From assembly GCA_965153355.1 (NCBI GenBank), contig OZ231126.1, positions 26,102,001 through 26,166,000 of the forward strand: a DNA stretch of 64,000 nt, written 5' to 3'. Position numbers and translations under genes: made by a program. Every line of letters begins with the position of its first letter. Within the stretch, counting starts at the first letter, position 1. Positions 1 to 13,729 of this stretch are shown piece after piece. The stretch comes from Flaccisagitta enflata. Its lineage: Eukaryota. The notes beneath the pieces were generated by a model. It did no database searches, had not been told where the DNA came from, and worked only from the letters and a program-made list of their open reading frames with translations.

Positions 1-810
1 CCACAATCTTCACGTAGACCAGATAAAATACTTTCAAAACGAGACAATTCCACGCCTCCAGGTTGACTATGGATGGGCAGGGGCAGTGACGAGACTCAAA
101 AAAACAATTTTAAAACATTTGTGGAAGAAGTGGTGTACACAATAAGCCGTGCAACAACAATGCACAGAAATGTGCTACAAATTTAACAAAGAGAGCCTCG
201 TCAGTTGTCCCAGAAGTCTGTGAGTTTGAAGTTTGTAGCATGGGCTCATTCATAAATAGTTTCATGTCTGTTCTGGATCATAGGCTGTTATAGCCTTCGG
301 TAGAAAGAGGCGGATGTCACTAACGGCAATCAGTCGCGGACGGTTGGGCAGGAGCAGTAATGTAAAGCTCGCTCCAGAATTCCAAAAAATGTGACGGACA
401 AACGGATTGGATATATGACATACCAACCATTACAATAAGAGTGTGGGAAGTCGCGCGTGTCCGCGACTAAAAATATCAATAACCCATATAATCAAGAGAA
501 TTCCGTACTGCCCCCCCCATCCGGAAACCGAAAGTTATCATTAAGTATAATGCGGTCATAGCTAAGTTGGTTTAAACAGGCGGACGTCGCGCGGAAATGC
601 GAAACATCATAGGAATTGCGGAGGTGTCATTGCGGCAATGCGGCTTCCTCGTACAGCTGCAGCGGTGCAGAGACAGCGGCACTGCAGAGTTTCTCAGCAG
701 AGTAACGCAGCAGCAAAGGACTCCAGGAAGTGAACCGTCAGATGTCCATGTGTAGAAAAAGTATTATCTTGAATGTTTACCAATTTTGTATAGAAGATAT
801 TGTGAATATA

Positions 811-1228
811 CATTTTTTTTTATAAGAACATCATTTTTTTTCCAAAGGCTTCATGTTCTTATTTTCAAGGCCAAATGCAAATGAAGCCTTCAACGTTCTT
901 AGAGTGTTCTTAAATTCAAATACTATATAAACTATAGAAAACCTTATAATATACTATTGATTACACTAAATAGATTTCTATTCAATATTGTTAAAAAAAA
1001 ACACTAATTTTTTATGTCTGGGAATATTTTCATCTTTATTTAAAAGTTATAAGATATTAAACAATTACACTAAAATTCAAGTGTTTTCCTAATGTTATTC
1101 AAATAATATTGTAAGTGGAATTTTTTTCTCAAGATTTGAAGCCTTTGTATGTTCTTAAGATGTTCTTAATTCTGAAGCTATTTGAAGCCTTGATGTGCTT
1201 TTAAACTAGGTTCTTATAAAAAAAAGTG
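811..1228. mobile_element. TA-flanked MITE (family also at 46555-46980)
   Basis: TIR CA(C/T)TTTTT..TATAAGAAC / GTTCTTATAAAAAAAAGTG; TA on both sides; second copy in the opposite orientation. Confidence 0.8.
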
Positions 1229-1721
1229 TATTCAAAAGATACTTGAAAAATATTTAAAGAATATTTTAGGATATAGAGAAAAAATGTGAGTATTGATTTT
1301 TTCCAATAATTGAACTGTTTGCAATCCTGCACCTACACTAGCTATCACCGTGAGGAAAAAAATATTGATCATAGACAACTTTCTACCATTTTTTCATCTT
1401 CAGTCACTGCAAATTTGTTGGTTTCTCAGACTAAATCAAGAGTCATTATATATATTGATTGTACTGAAAATTAAAGAAAAATAGTACTACGCCAAATGAG
1501 CTAGCTGAGCTAAAAAAATAAAAATCATTCAAACAGATAACAAGCTATGCTCACTGACATGCTTTCTTCTATCACCATGCTCAGACTGACATAGCGGGTT
1601 ATAGAGTTGCGTGCATGTGACTAAAAAAAAAATTGAGCAAAATGAGGTAGTTGAGCTAAAATAGTCAAAAATTCCCTCACAGATGAGCAGCTATACTAAT
1701 AAACATGTTTTCTTGTATTTA

Positions 1722-2269
1722 CAGTAGATGTCGTCTAGACTTGGAAATACGGGGGAATTCATTACGGGAAGACAAATTTATTTAAAAGACTGATATTTGG
1801 AATATAGACTAGTAAAGGATGATTGTTTGCCTATGGAGGTGGGTGCTATGAAACACATTTTATGTATTCACCTTAGGCCATCAATATTTTGAGATTTTTT
1901 AGGGAACATTGTTAAATAGAGTTCTGCTCTTTTCCCACTAGTATGTTCTGTAAGAATTAATGCAGTTTATGCATTAGCAGGGTAGTAACTATGTGACAGT
2001 CACGATGCTCTAGCAACACATACTCAGCATTCTTTGTTATTACTAATGGAAAATATATTAGCCTAATACAAAACAATGTTCATAACATTCTCAAAAAAAA
2101 AATTGACTTTTGAAATATAAATATGGAGAATGTGTTTTCATGGCAACTAACACCCATGGGCAATAAAGCATCCTTTTATTGGTTTATATTCCAAATATCA
2201 CTCTCTTAACTTTATTTGTCTTCCTGTAATGAATTCCCCCGTATTTCCAAATCTAGACGACATCTACTG
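1722..2269. mobile_element. Tc1/mariner-type MITE, family M1
   Basis: Long TIR CAGTAGATGTCGTCTAGA...; TA TSD; joined flanks match the uninterrupted host repeat near 40141 and 40280. Confidence 0.9.
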
Positions 2270-2463
2270 TACATGATCAAACATGCTTTGATCCCTAATA
2301 AATCATAAAAAAAACCAAAAAGTTAAATTTGAACTTTTTATGAAAAATAAATGTTATAGAACATTCTGCTTGGGGCCAGATGAAGAGGAATTATCCAAAT
2401 TATTTACCTTGTCAATTTCATTTGAGGGCTCATTCGCTTGATAAAGATTCCCAACTTTCTCAT

Positions 2464-2674
2464 AAACTAGGCCAGATACACGGCTACCCTAGTTGGGCGC
2501 GGGTGGGCAGGAGCAGTGCTGGAGGAGGTCATTAGGGCATCTGGGCAGGAGCCGTATGCTCAAATAGCTCAAAAACCCCAAAAAAAGTGAAAAGGGGACC
2601 GACTAACCGACCAACCAACCAACCGACAGACCAACAAAGCTGGGTGTAGAGTCTCGTAGCACGCGACTAAAAAA
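2464..2674 (-). mobile_element. HINE/DINE-1-like non-autonomous Helentron, family A
   Basis: Stem-loop end GGCC.GATACACGGC, subterminal repeat, (GACC)n microsatellite, terminal hairpin ...GCACGCGACTAAAAA. Confidence 0.75.
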
Positions 2675-3147
2675 TTAGCAACTATAAGGTTGATATTTCT
2701 ATTGCTCTGAAGGTTGGTTGGTTTGTCTGTGAGAAATTGCATAAAATTAGCCTTTTCATTCATAGATCATGATTGGTAATTAAAAATCATCATAAGTGAT
2801 TGTTGATAAACATCTACCTATAGGTTTTTTAAAAAGTAATTATAGGTTTATGTAAACAATTAGGAAATGAGCTCTTTCTTAGTTATAAATATCATGTGTA
2901 GTCACATTAAGCCCAAAAAGCTAATCAACTTTCTTATTTGATTCATCAAAAAACCTGTTTATAGTGGATTTAGTGCATGATACTTGAAGCGAAAAACTGA
3001 TAATGAAATAACTTGAAATTTGGTGTTTAGTCGGTCCATCAAATCTATGCAAAGTTAGTCTGATGAATATTTTTTTCATTATAAATTAGACATATTCTAC
3101 AGGTTTATTTTTAGATTTTTTTATTCAAAAGTTATAAACCACTTTTT

Positions 3148-3215
<68 letters not shown>

Positions 3216-3843
3216 AAAAGAAATTTATTGATTTGCAAATTTGTCAAAATGGACTGTTGACCGTTCTTATACCTTCATCCGTTGAGCAAGGGCAGTAATC
3301 GGAAGGAGGATATCTGGGTGGACAAAGTCCTATTCATCCTGAGGTGACTGATTCCTATAAAAGCCGAAGCTGGCCATCGAAAGATTGAAGGCTTGCGTTC
3401 CTCTAGCGAAGGCTTGCCTTCCATCCCACTGGGGTAAGCATTAAGATTTCTCCCTCGTTTCTCCCTCTCCACTCTTCTCGACAATAACAAGACGCGGCTT
3501 ACGCTACAGTTAACAATTCTCTGGGAACCTTTCAGGAAGGAATAGGGTGTGAGGTGTTACTTCAAATTCATATTGTTTTTCGCTCAACAATTGCTTGATA
3601 GACTAAGCTATAAGGTGATGACCTGCTGGCCAGGCCAAGCCTTGTGCTGGGTGGCTGGATGCCATGGGCCCTCTACACCAGAGCCGGAATTTCGGTGAAT
3701 GGACTATGCGGGGGAAAGCATACTCATGGAGCACCCAGTTTTACAAGGAAGGCTAAGTTGGGTGGGGAATTTACTGAAATGTGAAGTCTTGATGATGATT
3801 GTAGAGCGGGGATAACTGATATTTAAGTAACAAAAAGGTAGGG

Positions 3844-4078
3844 TTGTCTGTCTCTGCTGGTCTGTCTTTGCTGGTCCATTCCCTGTCTGTCTCCGCCTGT
3901 TTGTCTCCGCCTGTTTGTCTCCGCCTGTTTGTCTCCGCCTGTTTGTCTCAGCCTGTCTGTCTCCGCCTGTTTGTCTCAGCCTGTCTGTCTCCGCCTGTCT
4001 GTGTCTGGTTGTCTGTCTCTGCCTGTACGTCTGCGCCTATCTGTATTTGCCTGTCTGTCTTTGCCTGTCTGCCTGTCT
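3844..4078. repeat. Degenerate GTCTCCGCCTGTTT minisatellite
   Basis: Tandem imperfect units seen directly. Confidence 0.8.
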
Positions 4079-5349
4079 GATTAAAATTTATAGTTGTATT
4101 TGTTGTAATATAGAGATTGGGTGAATTAAGATAAATGATTAACTATATTTGTACAGTCAACTACCCAAAATTAGTGTTTGCAGCCATCAAAGAACTGTTA
4201 GCTAATGTTGTTGTTGTAGACTACAATTATGATGTAGTTTTTCTCATCTTTTATGTTTCGATTGTAGTATGTTTTATCTGTTTTGTTAACCTTATGCATA
4301 TGCTTCACCTTGCTATTGCTGGCATCCTCGTCACATCGCATCTTCCTCACCGCGTCCATCTCATCACGTCCAGCTCATCGCTACATCATCGCCTCTGCGC
4401 TTTTTTGTAAGTAGGGAAGGGTCTGGGCTTGTGAGTTTTTTTCCCTAACAGGTCCAGGTTGGCTCTCATCTACACGACGCGACGCGACGCATCACTCCAT
4501 TTGTTAACATTTTTTTCATGATTGATTTATCCCGTTCATTAACCTAGTTACTGTTTTACTTTATCATCTATGTTTTTTTTTTTGTTTTCTAGCTTTTTCA
4601 TTTATGCTATATTGGCTAACTAGTTCTATTGATGGCTACACCGAGAAATTTTTCTAAAAGTGGCTTTTCTGAAGGGCGTTTTTGTTTTTAATTGTGTTTT
4701 CCAAATTATCCATCCATTTCTACGTCAGTGACTGGCCTTTGCTTGTCTGCTTGTTCAAAGATCTGGGCTATCTGTCGATTCGGTTGTGATAGTGTCAGTT
4801 TGTATCATTGTGATGCATCAAGCAAGAGTCAGCAAGTAGAGGCAAAGTTGAGGGTTGGCTGGTTACAAGGCGCGATTAACCTGCATTCTGGTTAATCTCA
4901 AAAGCAACTTGCAGTTGGTAACTGCATGTAGCGTGGAGCAAAATCGATGAGTGGTAAATTGGCCCGAAATAACAATTGCAAAATGCTTTCATGCTTTCTC
5001 TGTCTTTGAAAGTCTGTACCCCATGGATGAGGCTGTCAAGACTCTTCCGTGGACCCTTCTGGGTTCCATCGCTCGTACCGTTGGTATGTTACCAATGGGG
5101 AGACTTTTAGGACTATCCTCTGGAGTTTTTTAAACTTCTTTGTGTGTCTGCAGATCCCTCCATTGGTGTTGTTAAACATCTTGGTTCAGATTTGCAGTCT
5201 CTTATGCAGCGGTCGGTTGTGGTGTGGACATACTAGGACAATCTGATAGTTTTGTAAGCTTTATGTGCCAAAATCTAAAACGCAACATCCATACCGGTGA
5301 TGATTTATATAAGTGCATATGCACGCCCTAAACTGAGGTATGGATATAA

Positions 5350-5780
<431 letters not shown>

Positions 5781-5782
5781 AG

Positions 5783-5893
5783 TTTATAATAAGAGAACGT
5801 ATCGTCGTACGCCGCGGTGTTCAAGATGGCGCGAAAAACGTCCAACCATGGATTGAGGAAGACGAGGAAGACGAGGAATTAACACAAATCTAG
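5783..5893 (+). CDS. Candidate terminal exon (FIIRERIVVRRGVQDGAKNVQPWIEEDEEDEELTQI*)
   Basis: (CT)n tract plus TTTCAG acceptor, CpG-rich coding-like composition, acidic C-terminus and stop; no upstream exon identified. Confidence 0.3.
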   Translation, partial: FIIRERIVVRRGVQDGAKNVQPWIEEDEEDEELTQI

Positions 5894-6479
5894 ATAGCTT
5901 TTAAAGTCAGGAAGAATGAATTAAAATTCCAAATTTTGACCATCGTCCATATTCAAATCCATATCCATAACATATCCATATCCATTTCCATGTATTTTTG
6001 ATGCAACTCCATATCCACATCCATATTTTTGCGTCACTTTTCAACCTACTTTTCGCCGACTCAACAAATGAACAATCCTCCACTTCTTTTTGCATCTCGA
6101 TTTACTAGAATTCTTCTAAATGCGTTAAACATTCTAACATTCTAACATTCTAACATTCTAAACTAAAGGGATATTAGGCATGAATGACCACTTCAATTTT
6201 AGAGGATAGGATAGCTACTAGTATTTGAACTGTAAGAAAATAGAGCAGGGCAGTGTTAACATTAAAATCGACTTAACTCATCCCTAATTCAAGCTTATTC
6301 AAAAATTACTTTGAAATCAATTTACAGCCACCAATTTCTTTATGTAAAAGGATTTTTATTGCTTTTTGATGTTTTCAATGCGGTTGTATTACTTTTTAAA
6401 ACATTCTAAAAATGTTATTTGATGAAAAAGAAGTGAGTGACTAGTGTTTAACACTGAGTGTTAGATTTGGTGCACTTGA

Positions 6480-7450
6480 GAGGTGGAGGCCTGGGAGAGG
6501 ATGGCAAGGGTAGAAGAGATAGGGCAAGGATCGGGGAGAGGATGAGGTGGGGAGGAGGATAGGAGGCAGTGGGTGCGGGAGGAGGCAAGGGGGTGTTGGG
6601 AGGGTAGGGGGCAGTGGGTGGGGGAGGGGAGGGCAGGGGGAAGGGGAGAGAGGGGAGGGGTGGGGAGGGGTGGAGTAGGGTAGGGAGGAGCGAGCAGGGG
6701 TTGGGAGAGGAGGGGCCAGGGAGGCCAGGGGGGGAGGGGTGGGGAGGGCGGAGAGGTGAGGAAGGGCAGGGGTGGGGCAGGGGGCTGGGAGGGGGTTTGG
6801 GGAGGAGGGAAGGGGTTGGGGAGGGAGGGTTGGGGAGGGAGGGCCAGGGGGTGGGGAGGGGTGGAGGAGGCAAGGGGTGGGGAGGAGGGGAGGGTTGGGG
6901 AAAAGGGGTTTAAGGAGGAGGCGGGGTTGGGGGAGGGTTTGAGGGTGGGGGTTGGGGTGGGAAGTGAGGTGGGGGCAAGAGGGGTTGGGGGAGGGGCAGT
7001 GGGGGTAGATGAGAGGGGAGGGGTTGGGTGAGGGGTGGAGGGCAAGAGGATTGGGGAGGGAGGGGGTGGGTGAGAGGGTAGGTGGGCAGGGGGTTTGGAG
7101 GTTGGTGGGAGCAAGGGGTTTAGAGAAAGGAAGAGGCAGGTGGGCACAGGGGACATGGGTCAGGGGAAAAGGGAGTTGAAAAGGTATGGGTTGGGGAAAG
7201 GGTGGGTGAGCAAGGGGTTTGGGGAGAGAGGGTGGAGGTGAGGCAGCCAGGTTTGGGATTGGTGGGCAGGAAGGTAGAGCTGGGTTGTGGTGGGGCGGGG
7301 TTGAGGCAGAGTGGGTGAAATGAAGGGGAGTTGCAGTGAGAGAGATAAGGTGGTGAGGACCAAATTTAGGAGTGGAAGGAGATACAGTGGATAGGGCAAA
7401 AGAAGATTGGGGCCAAGGAGCGCCAGGAGATGGGTGAGGCAAGGTTTGGG
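6480..7450 (+). repeat. G-rich low-complexity tract
   Basis: About 1 kb of G runs with strong strand skew; explains the Pro-rich and Gly-rich ORFs. Confidence 0.9.
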
Positions 7451-8012
7451 TATGGGTGGTGCTGGGTGCTGTCCTCTCAACATGAGTCATAGTCAAAAGT
7501 TAGCTAGATGGGGTGTTTGGGGGTGGTAAGTACAGCGTGGGGATAATTGTGGTGGGTAGAAAGGTAGGCACTGTCCTCTCAACATGAGACAAGGTCAAAA
7601 GTTAAAGCATAGAGGGTTTTTGTTTCTTTGTCTGCTGCCCAAAAAGTTGTGCCTAGTTTCAGAACCTTTAGGGTGGTTTTACCCTTACCCTCAATACCCC
7701 CCTAGGGTTATGGGGGGGTTGAGTGGGGTGGGGGGATATTGATGGGGTTTTTTCAAGATGAGTGTAAGGTTGGGGTATGGGTGGTACTGGGTGCAGTCCT
7801 CTCAACATGAGTCCTAGTAAAAGTTAGCTGGGGGGGGGGTGTCTGGGTGTGGTAAGTACAGCGTGGGGATAATTGTGGTGGGTGGAAAGGTAAGCGCTGT
7901 CCTCACAACATGAGACAAGGTCAAAAGTTAAAGCATTGAAGATTTTTGTTTCTTAGTCCCCTGCCCAGAAAGTTGTGCCTAGTTTCAGAACCATTGGGGT
8001 GGTTTTACCTTT
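7441..8012. repeat. Direct duplication, about 250-bp unit, period about 326 bp
   Basis: 7441-7690 is repeated at about 7767-8012 (CTGTCCTCTCAACATGAG...GCCTAGTTTCAGAACC). Confidence 0.85.
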
Positions 8013-8519
8013 AACCTCCATAGCCACCCCCCCTTTGAGGCCACTGCCCAAAAGACATAATGAGGATACTTTTTGCTCAATAGGGCCTTAACTGCATTTA
8101 TTTAGTTGAACTTTCACAGAAATATGTTGAGTAAAACAGCCTTACATATGTCAAACCGTTGGAAAAAAAATTTCTGACAAACATGAGAAAATGAACAAAA
8201 GACACTTCAAACAGTCACACAGAACCTTAAAATCAACTCTGGGGTTCTCCAGAATGATTGTAATGAAAAAAAAAATTAATATTAGTGATGGAAGAATCTG
8301 TCATGATTTCAAGATAAGAGTGCTTTATCATCATTGTATTTATCATTTTTGACATCATCATCATATTCATCATCATTGCCATAGTTGTCATTAAAATTGC
8401 CCTTGTTATATTTATCATCACTGTTTTCATCATTATTATTGCCATTGTCATAATTATCATTGCCCTGAATGTTATCATCTTGATCATAAACCTCATCATC
8501 ATCATAGGTATCATGGTTG

Positions 8520-8797
8520 TTTTTAGATGCGTCCTCGCATCTCTGTAAGAGGGTCTGTCCATCCGTCCGTCTTTCCGTTGGTCGGTCCGTCGGTCGGTCT
8601 GTATGTCTTTTACGCCTCCTTGGAAATCACAGTTTTTGGCACTTTTCAGCCAAGGATATCATGTATCTAGTCGTTAGGATATTTTAAGAGCCTCTTCGAT
8701 ACTATGTCGTCATCTGTTTGTCCATCCAAGTCTAGCGCCAAAGTCAATACATGCAGAGACACAGTCAGGACGCATTGTTGCCTGGTCGGGCTTGTTT
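8520..8797 (+). mobile_element. HINE-like element (family A variant)
   Basis: TTTTAGATGCGTCCTCGCATCT hairpin, (GTCC/GGTC)n, 3' stem-loop plus CTTGTTT. Confidence 0.7.
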
Positions 8798-9009
8798 GTT
8801 TTTGACTGAAATAATTAGGGACATGAAAGATGAGATGTTTTTTCAAAGACGATTCAAATCTTTTGTTTTTTTTAGTTTTCCCACTTGGGCGAAGCTTTCA
8901 CTCAAGTAGATTCAGGTTGAAATGTGTAAAACCCAGCTGTCACCTAGCCCTAACGCTAGCCCTAAGGCTAACCCTAAAACCAACCCCAACCTTAACATTA
9001 ACCCTAAAT

Positions 9010-9959
9010 AACAAGGCTGGATACACAGCTACCCCAGTTGCGTGCGGGTGGGCAGGGGCTGTTTTTGAGGTCACTTGATCATTTGGGCAGGAGCAGTGAG
9101 GCCATAAAAGCCCAAAAAAGTAGGGAGTACGTGGACGGACTGACATAGCGTGGTGTAGTGTGCAGAAACGTGAGTAAAAGCCCCATAGAAAGTCAGTAAA
9201 ATAAAAGACCTCACCGAATTCGAAAAAAGTACCAAAAGGTGAAGAAGAGTTTCTATGAGATTTCAAACACTTTCTGCAATTTGTCACTTGAGCGTGATGG
9301 ACGACCAGCCAACAACCGATCAAAGGCCTTTAAGAGGTTCTTCGGTGCCAAAATGCATGAATCCATATAATCAATTACAATTAAGCGTCAAAAGTGTACT
9401 GAGTGAGCGGGCAATATTTTCATACATTTTGGCATTTTAGTCATTTTAGTCATCCCCAGCCCCAAATATGACGCTGGTTGGTCTGAATAAGTGACGCGGG
9501 GTCACAAAGTTGTTGCGGATGGGTGGGTAGGGGCATCCAACCCCCATTCACACCCCATGCCCCCTACACATACACAAACGGATGAAACAATTAAGTAAAG
9601 GAGGCTTTCAAAACATGTTGGTTGATCATTTGTGTTGGTTGATCATTTGTTTTAGTGTGGGATCTCACCGTGGCCAAGAACAGCCAAGAAACGCGATTTT
9701 TTCTCAGGCGTGACGGACGGACTGACAAGTGAACAGACAGATGGACAGACAGACGGATGGACAGCCCCTTTTATGGAGCTGCGTTCCTGACAGACACATC
9801 TAAACATGAAAAATTTCAGGGGTGATTTTTAGTTGCGGACACGCGACACTAGAACTTGCCGTGTTGGATGGTCGGTCTGTCGGTAGGTCACATAACATTT
9901 CAGTTTTCCACTCCTGCCCACCCATCCGCTACTGGGGGGGAGTGTATACTGCCTTGTTT
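9010..9959. mobile_element. Cluster of three HINE-like elements (about 9010-9179, 9487-9805, 9827-9959)
   Basis: Shared AACAAG..GGGTGGGCAGGGGC end, GACG/GACA microsatellites and terminal hairpins. Confidence 0.7.
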
Positions 9960-10448
9960 ATACAAATACATATACAAGTACATGCACTCTCTGTGGTTAT
10001 CTTTTTAGTAATTTTGAGGGCAGATTTAACTTCAAACAGAGTTTTCCAGTTTGTTTGTTATATCGCACAGAAATTTAAAGGTCATTTTATTGTTGTATCA
10101 CAATTTGATATACTATTAGAATAGCTAAATCAACTTTTTATTTCTTTGGCAAAAGTATACAGTAGATCTTGTCTAGACTTGGGTTAAGGGGGCAAGCATT
10201 ATGGAACAACAAATGAAGGGGATTGATGTTTGAAATATAAACTTAAAAGAAAATGATTTATCGCCCATGATAGTGGGTTGCTATTGAAACACATTTCCAT
10301 GTATTCCTGTAATAATATCAATATTTTGAGAAAGTCTTCAAGGGAACCTTGCTTAAAATTAAATTTGCTACAATTTTCCTATAACATGTTTTGTTAGAAT
10401 GTCGCTTGTTTAGCCTTTGCTAGAGGTTGTCATACATGGATACACTTA

Positions 10449-11243
10449 CATGGTCCAGAAATGTGTAAAAAGTGTGATAGAATTTCATCCACCTGTCACA
10501 AGACAAATTAAAGGGTAAGGAATGAGCTGTCTGTCAAAAATTTTCTCTGGTCAATATTTGGGACGCTACCGCTGCAAATCTCAGGTCAAAAGGCAATATG
10601 AGGTCAAAATTTCAAAACGGGAAAATTGAAAATCTGATAGCAGATTCAAATTCCTTGCAAAAAAGTTTCAAAGAAAGTGTTTTTCTTTTTTTGATTTTCC
10701 AACCAGAACATGGTCTGATCTGACGTTAAAGTTCATATTCCGGTCAAATATGCTCTTTTGTCTAAAATTCGATTTATTTCAATGTTTGATGATAATTTTG
10801 ACTATGATTCAGATGGAATACCAAAGTTTTTTGGCAGTTTTTTGGCAGTTTTTAAGCAGGATTCTGAATATGCAACCAGATTCCTAAATTTCCTATTTTG
10901 AAATTTTGACCTCATAGCCCTATGACCTGATATACAGTCGAATCCTGCTCCAACGGATTTCAAGGGACTAACAAATCTTATCTGTAATAGTTGGAATTTT
11001 TTTCTAGCCAACATTGGAAATAAAAGAAAACTAGTCGAAGGGACCAAGAATCAGTATCTGTTATAGGCGGAATTCCGTTAAAAGCTGGTCCGTTGGAGCG
11101 AGGTTCAACTGTATGCAGCGGTAGCACCCCAAATATTGACCTGAGAAAGGTTTTGACGGACTGAGCTCATTCCCTACCTTTTAATTGATCTTGTGACAGG
11201 TGGATGAAATTCTATCACGCTTTTTACACATTTCTGGACCCTG
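10449..11243. mobile_element. Palindromic Tc1-like MITE nested in M1
   Basis: TIR CA(T/G)GGTCCAGAAATGTGTAAAAAG..., arms over 150 bp. Confidence 0.85.
10935..11111. mobile_element. Small pogo/Tigger-like MITE nested in the nested MITE
   Basis: TA|CAGTCGAATCCTGCTCCAACGGA ... TCCGTTGGAGCGAGGTTCAACTG|TA; degenerate relative near 43970-44115. Confidence 0.85.
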
Positions 11244-11569
11244 TTAATAGATATGCTTCCTAGTAGCAGCCAGACAAGCGATATTCTTACAGAACACATT
11301 ATGGGAAAGTTCTAGCAAAATCAATATTAAGCAATGTACCCTCAAAAAATCTCTCAAAATATTAATATTTTAGCAGGAGTACATAGAACTATGTTTCCAT
11401 GGCAACCAATTATCATGGGGAATAAATTATTCTTTTATTAGTTTGTATTCCAAATACCAGCCTCCTAGCTTCATTTGTTTTTCCATAATGCTTGCCCCCG
11501 TTTTCTCATGTCTAGACGAGATCTACTGTATAGTGTGACATATAACCCACAAAGCACTCATGGAGTCCA

Positions 11570-12460
11570 TTAAGTCAAGTCAAGGCAATAAAGTCATCTA
11601 GCTCATCAAGGTCATTCAAGTTATTCAAGCAATTTAGGTCATGCAAGTCATTCGAATAATTAAATCTGGTGAGATCATTAAAGTGATTTAAGTGTTTCAA
11701 GTTGATTTTGTCAACTTAGTCATTTAAGCTATTCTAGTCATTCAAGCAATTCAAGCCATTCATGTCAAAGGGTCATTTGAGACATTTGAGTCATTCTAGT
11801 TGATCAAGTTATTCAAGTCAATAAGGTAATTCAAGTCATGAAAGTCATTAGAGTCATGTAAGTCAAGTCATTGAATTCATTGAAGTCATGAAGTTATTGA
11901 AATCATTTAACTGATTTAAGTCAACAAAGTCATAAAGGTCATTCAAGTGATCAAGTCATTCAAGTCCTTTAAGTCATTTCAGTCATTTTAGTCATTCAAC
12001 TCAATATTGGCGTATTAGTCATTTAAGTTATTCTAGTCATTCAAGCCATTCAGGTCAAAAGGTCATTCAAGACATTTAGGTCATTCTAGTTGATCAAGTT
12101 TTTTAAGTAAATAAGTCATTGGAATCAATTAAGTCAAGTCATTAAAGTCAATTAAGTCATGAAGTTATTAAAGTCATTCAAGTCAACTAAGTCATAAAGG
12201 TCCTTCAAGTGATCAAGCCATTTATTTCCTTTGAGTCATTTTAGCCATTTTAGTCATTCAAGTGAATGATGTCGTTTGAGTCATTCAAGTCATTCAATCA
12301 TTCCAGTCTTTCAATTCAAAGTCATTCAATTTGTTCCAGTTATTTCTGTATTTTAGTCGATTTAGTCATTCAATTTGTTCCAGTTATTTCTGTATTTTAG
12401 TCGATTTAGTCGATTTAGTCATGAAGTTGTTTCAATAGTTCAGTCCATTCAAGGTCATTT
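11570..12460. repeat. Degenerate 9-bp (AAGTCATTC)-like satellite
   Basis: Seen directly. Confidence 0.85.
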
Positions 12461-13147
12461 GAAATATCTGATCAACAATTGCTGATTTTGTTTAGACCGA
12501 TTTTTTACAGTGAAGCCATCAAGTTTGTTAGGGGCAACATGGTTTGAAATAGTGATGTGGAAGCGCCAAAATTTTGAAACGCATCCTTTTCAATTTGAAG
12601 AAAAGATTTTTTGCTTCAACTTCCGCTTCCACTTTAAAATTTTTGTTGCTTCCGCTTCCACTTCCATTTATAAAAAATTGCGCTCCTGCTTCCACTTCAA
12701 TTTAGAATTTTCTTCCAGCTTCCACTTCCATTACCTGAACTCTATTTTATCTTCAAACATAAAAAAACATCAATTTTAATAGTTTTTATTTGCCTGCTTC
12801 CCAACTCTACACCCCGCTTTGTCTGTCAGTTGGTCGGTCAGTTGGTTGGTTGGTTGGTCGGTCTCACTTTACTTTTTTTATGTTTTTTATTCTTTGACCG
12901 TACTGCTCCTACCCAAATGCTCTGGTGACCTTAAATATGGCCCCCTCCCCACCCACACACGACCTTGTTGATTCACAAGAATCCTAAATAATAAAAAAAC
13001 GGAATTTGTAACCTTGCAAAAAAGATTGCCCACATATCTTTAAATACATATCTATTCGCTCTTTGAAAAATAAACTATAGAAAATCAATGACTGTTAGAA
13101 AGATATTCAAAAATTCTTTTAAACTAGACCAAGCAGAATATTGTTAT

Positions 13148-13705
13148 TTCTAGTTGCGCGCACGCGACTCTACATCTCGCTTTGTTGGTCCGTTGGTCGA
13201 TCGGTTGGTCCCCTTTTTGGGCAGCAGCCTCGAAGGGGCCGATGACCTATGCTTTCACACAGGGGAAATTTCTCCTTCTCCTTCATCTTCTTCTCCTTCT
13301 ACATCCCCCCCCCCCGGCTTTGGGACCCAAATCCCACCCTCAAGGCCATATCCCAGCCTTTACACCCAAATTCTGGCGTAGAGGCCCAAATTTCAGCATT
13401 GAGACCCAAATTCCAGCCTTAAGGCCCCAACCCCAGCTTCAAGGCTCAAACCCCAGCTTTCTGGCCCAAATCCCACCCTTGAGCCCTAAATTTCATCCTC
13501 AAAGCTGAAACCCCGACCAAAATCACAGCCTCAAGGCGCAAATCACAGCCTTGAGGCTCAAATCCCAGTGTTGATGCTAAAATTCAGCCTAGAGCCAAAC
13601 ACTAGCATAGATCATCGACCCTTGGGGCCTGCCCTCTCACATCACACATCAACACTAAACAGGCAGCAGGAGGTACTGCTGACCATCTGTTGCCCTAAAC
13701 TATTA
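13148..13705 (+). mobile_element. HINE family A fragment followed by HINE family B with about 20-bp central tandem repeats
   Basis: TAGTTGCGCGCACGCGACT hairpin, then TTTTTGGGCAGCAGCC.. subTIR and AAATCCCAGCCTCAAGGC-type array. Confidence 0.7.
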
Positions 13706-13729
13706 CTTTTTATATATTATTTTGGTTAT

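Larger units (their letters stand above)
10160..11528. mobile_element. MITE family M1 copy with nested insertions
   Basis: TIR CAGTAGATCT.GTCTAGAC / GTCTAGACGAGATCTACTG; TA TSD. Confidence 0.85.

Noticed and set aside
6441-7496. 351-aa Pro-rich ORF and overlapping Gly/Pro-rich ORFs
   Set aside because: Open in several frames on both strands because of G-run low complexity; no domain or splice support
8944-9007. Telomere-like CCCTAA repeats
   Set aside because: Short, degenerate and internal; more likely part of an interspersed repeat
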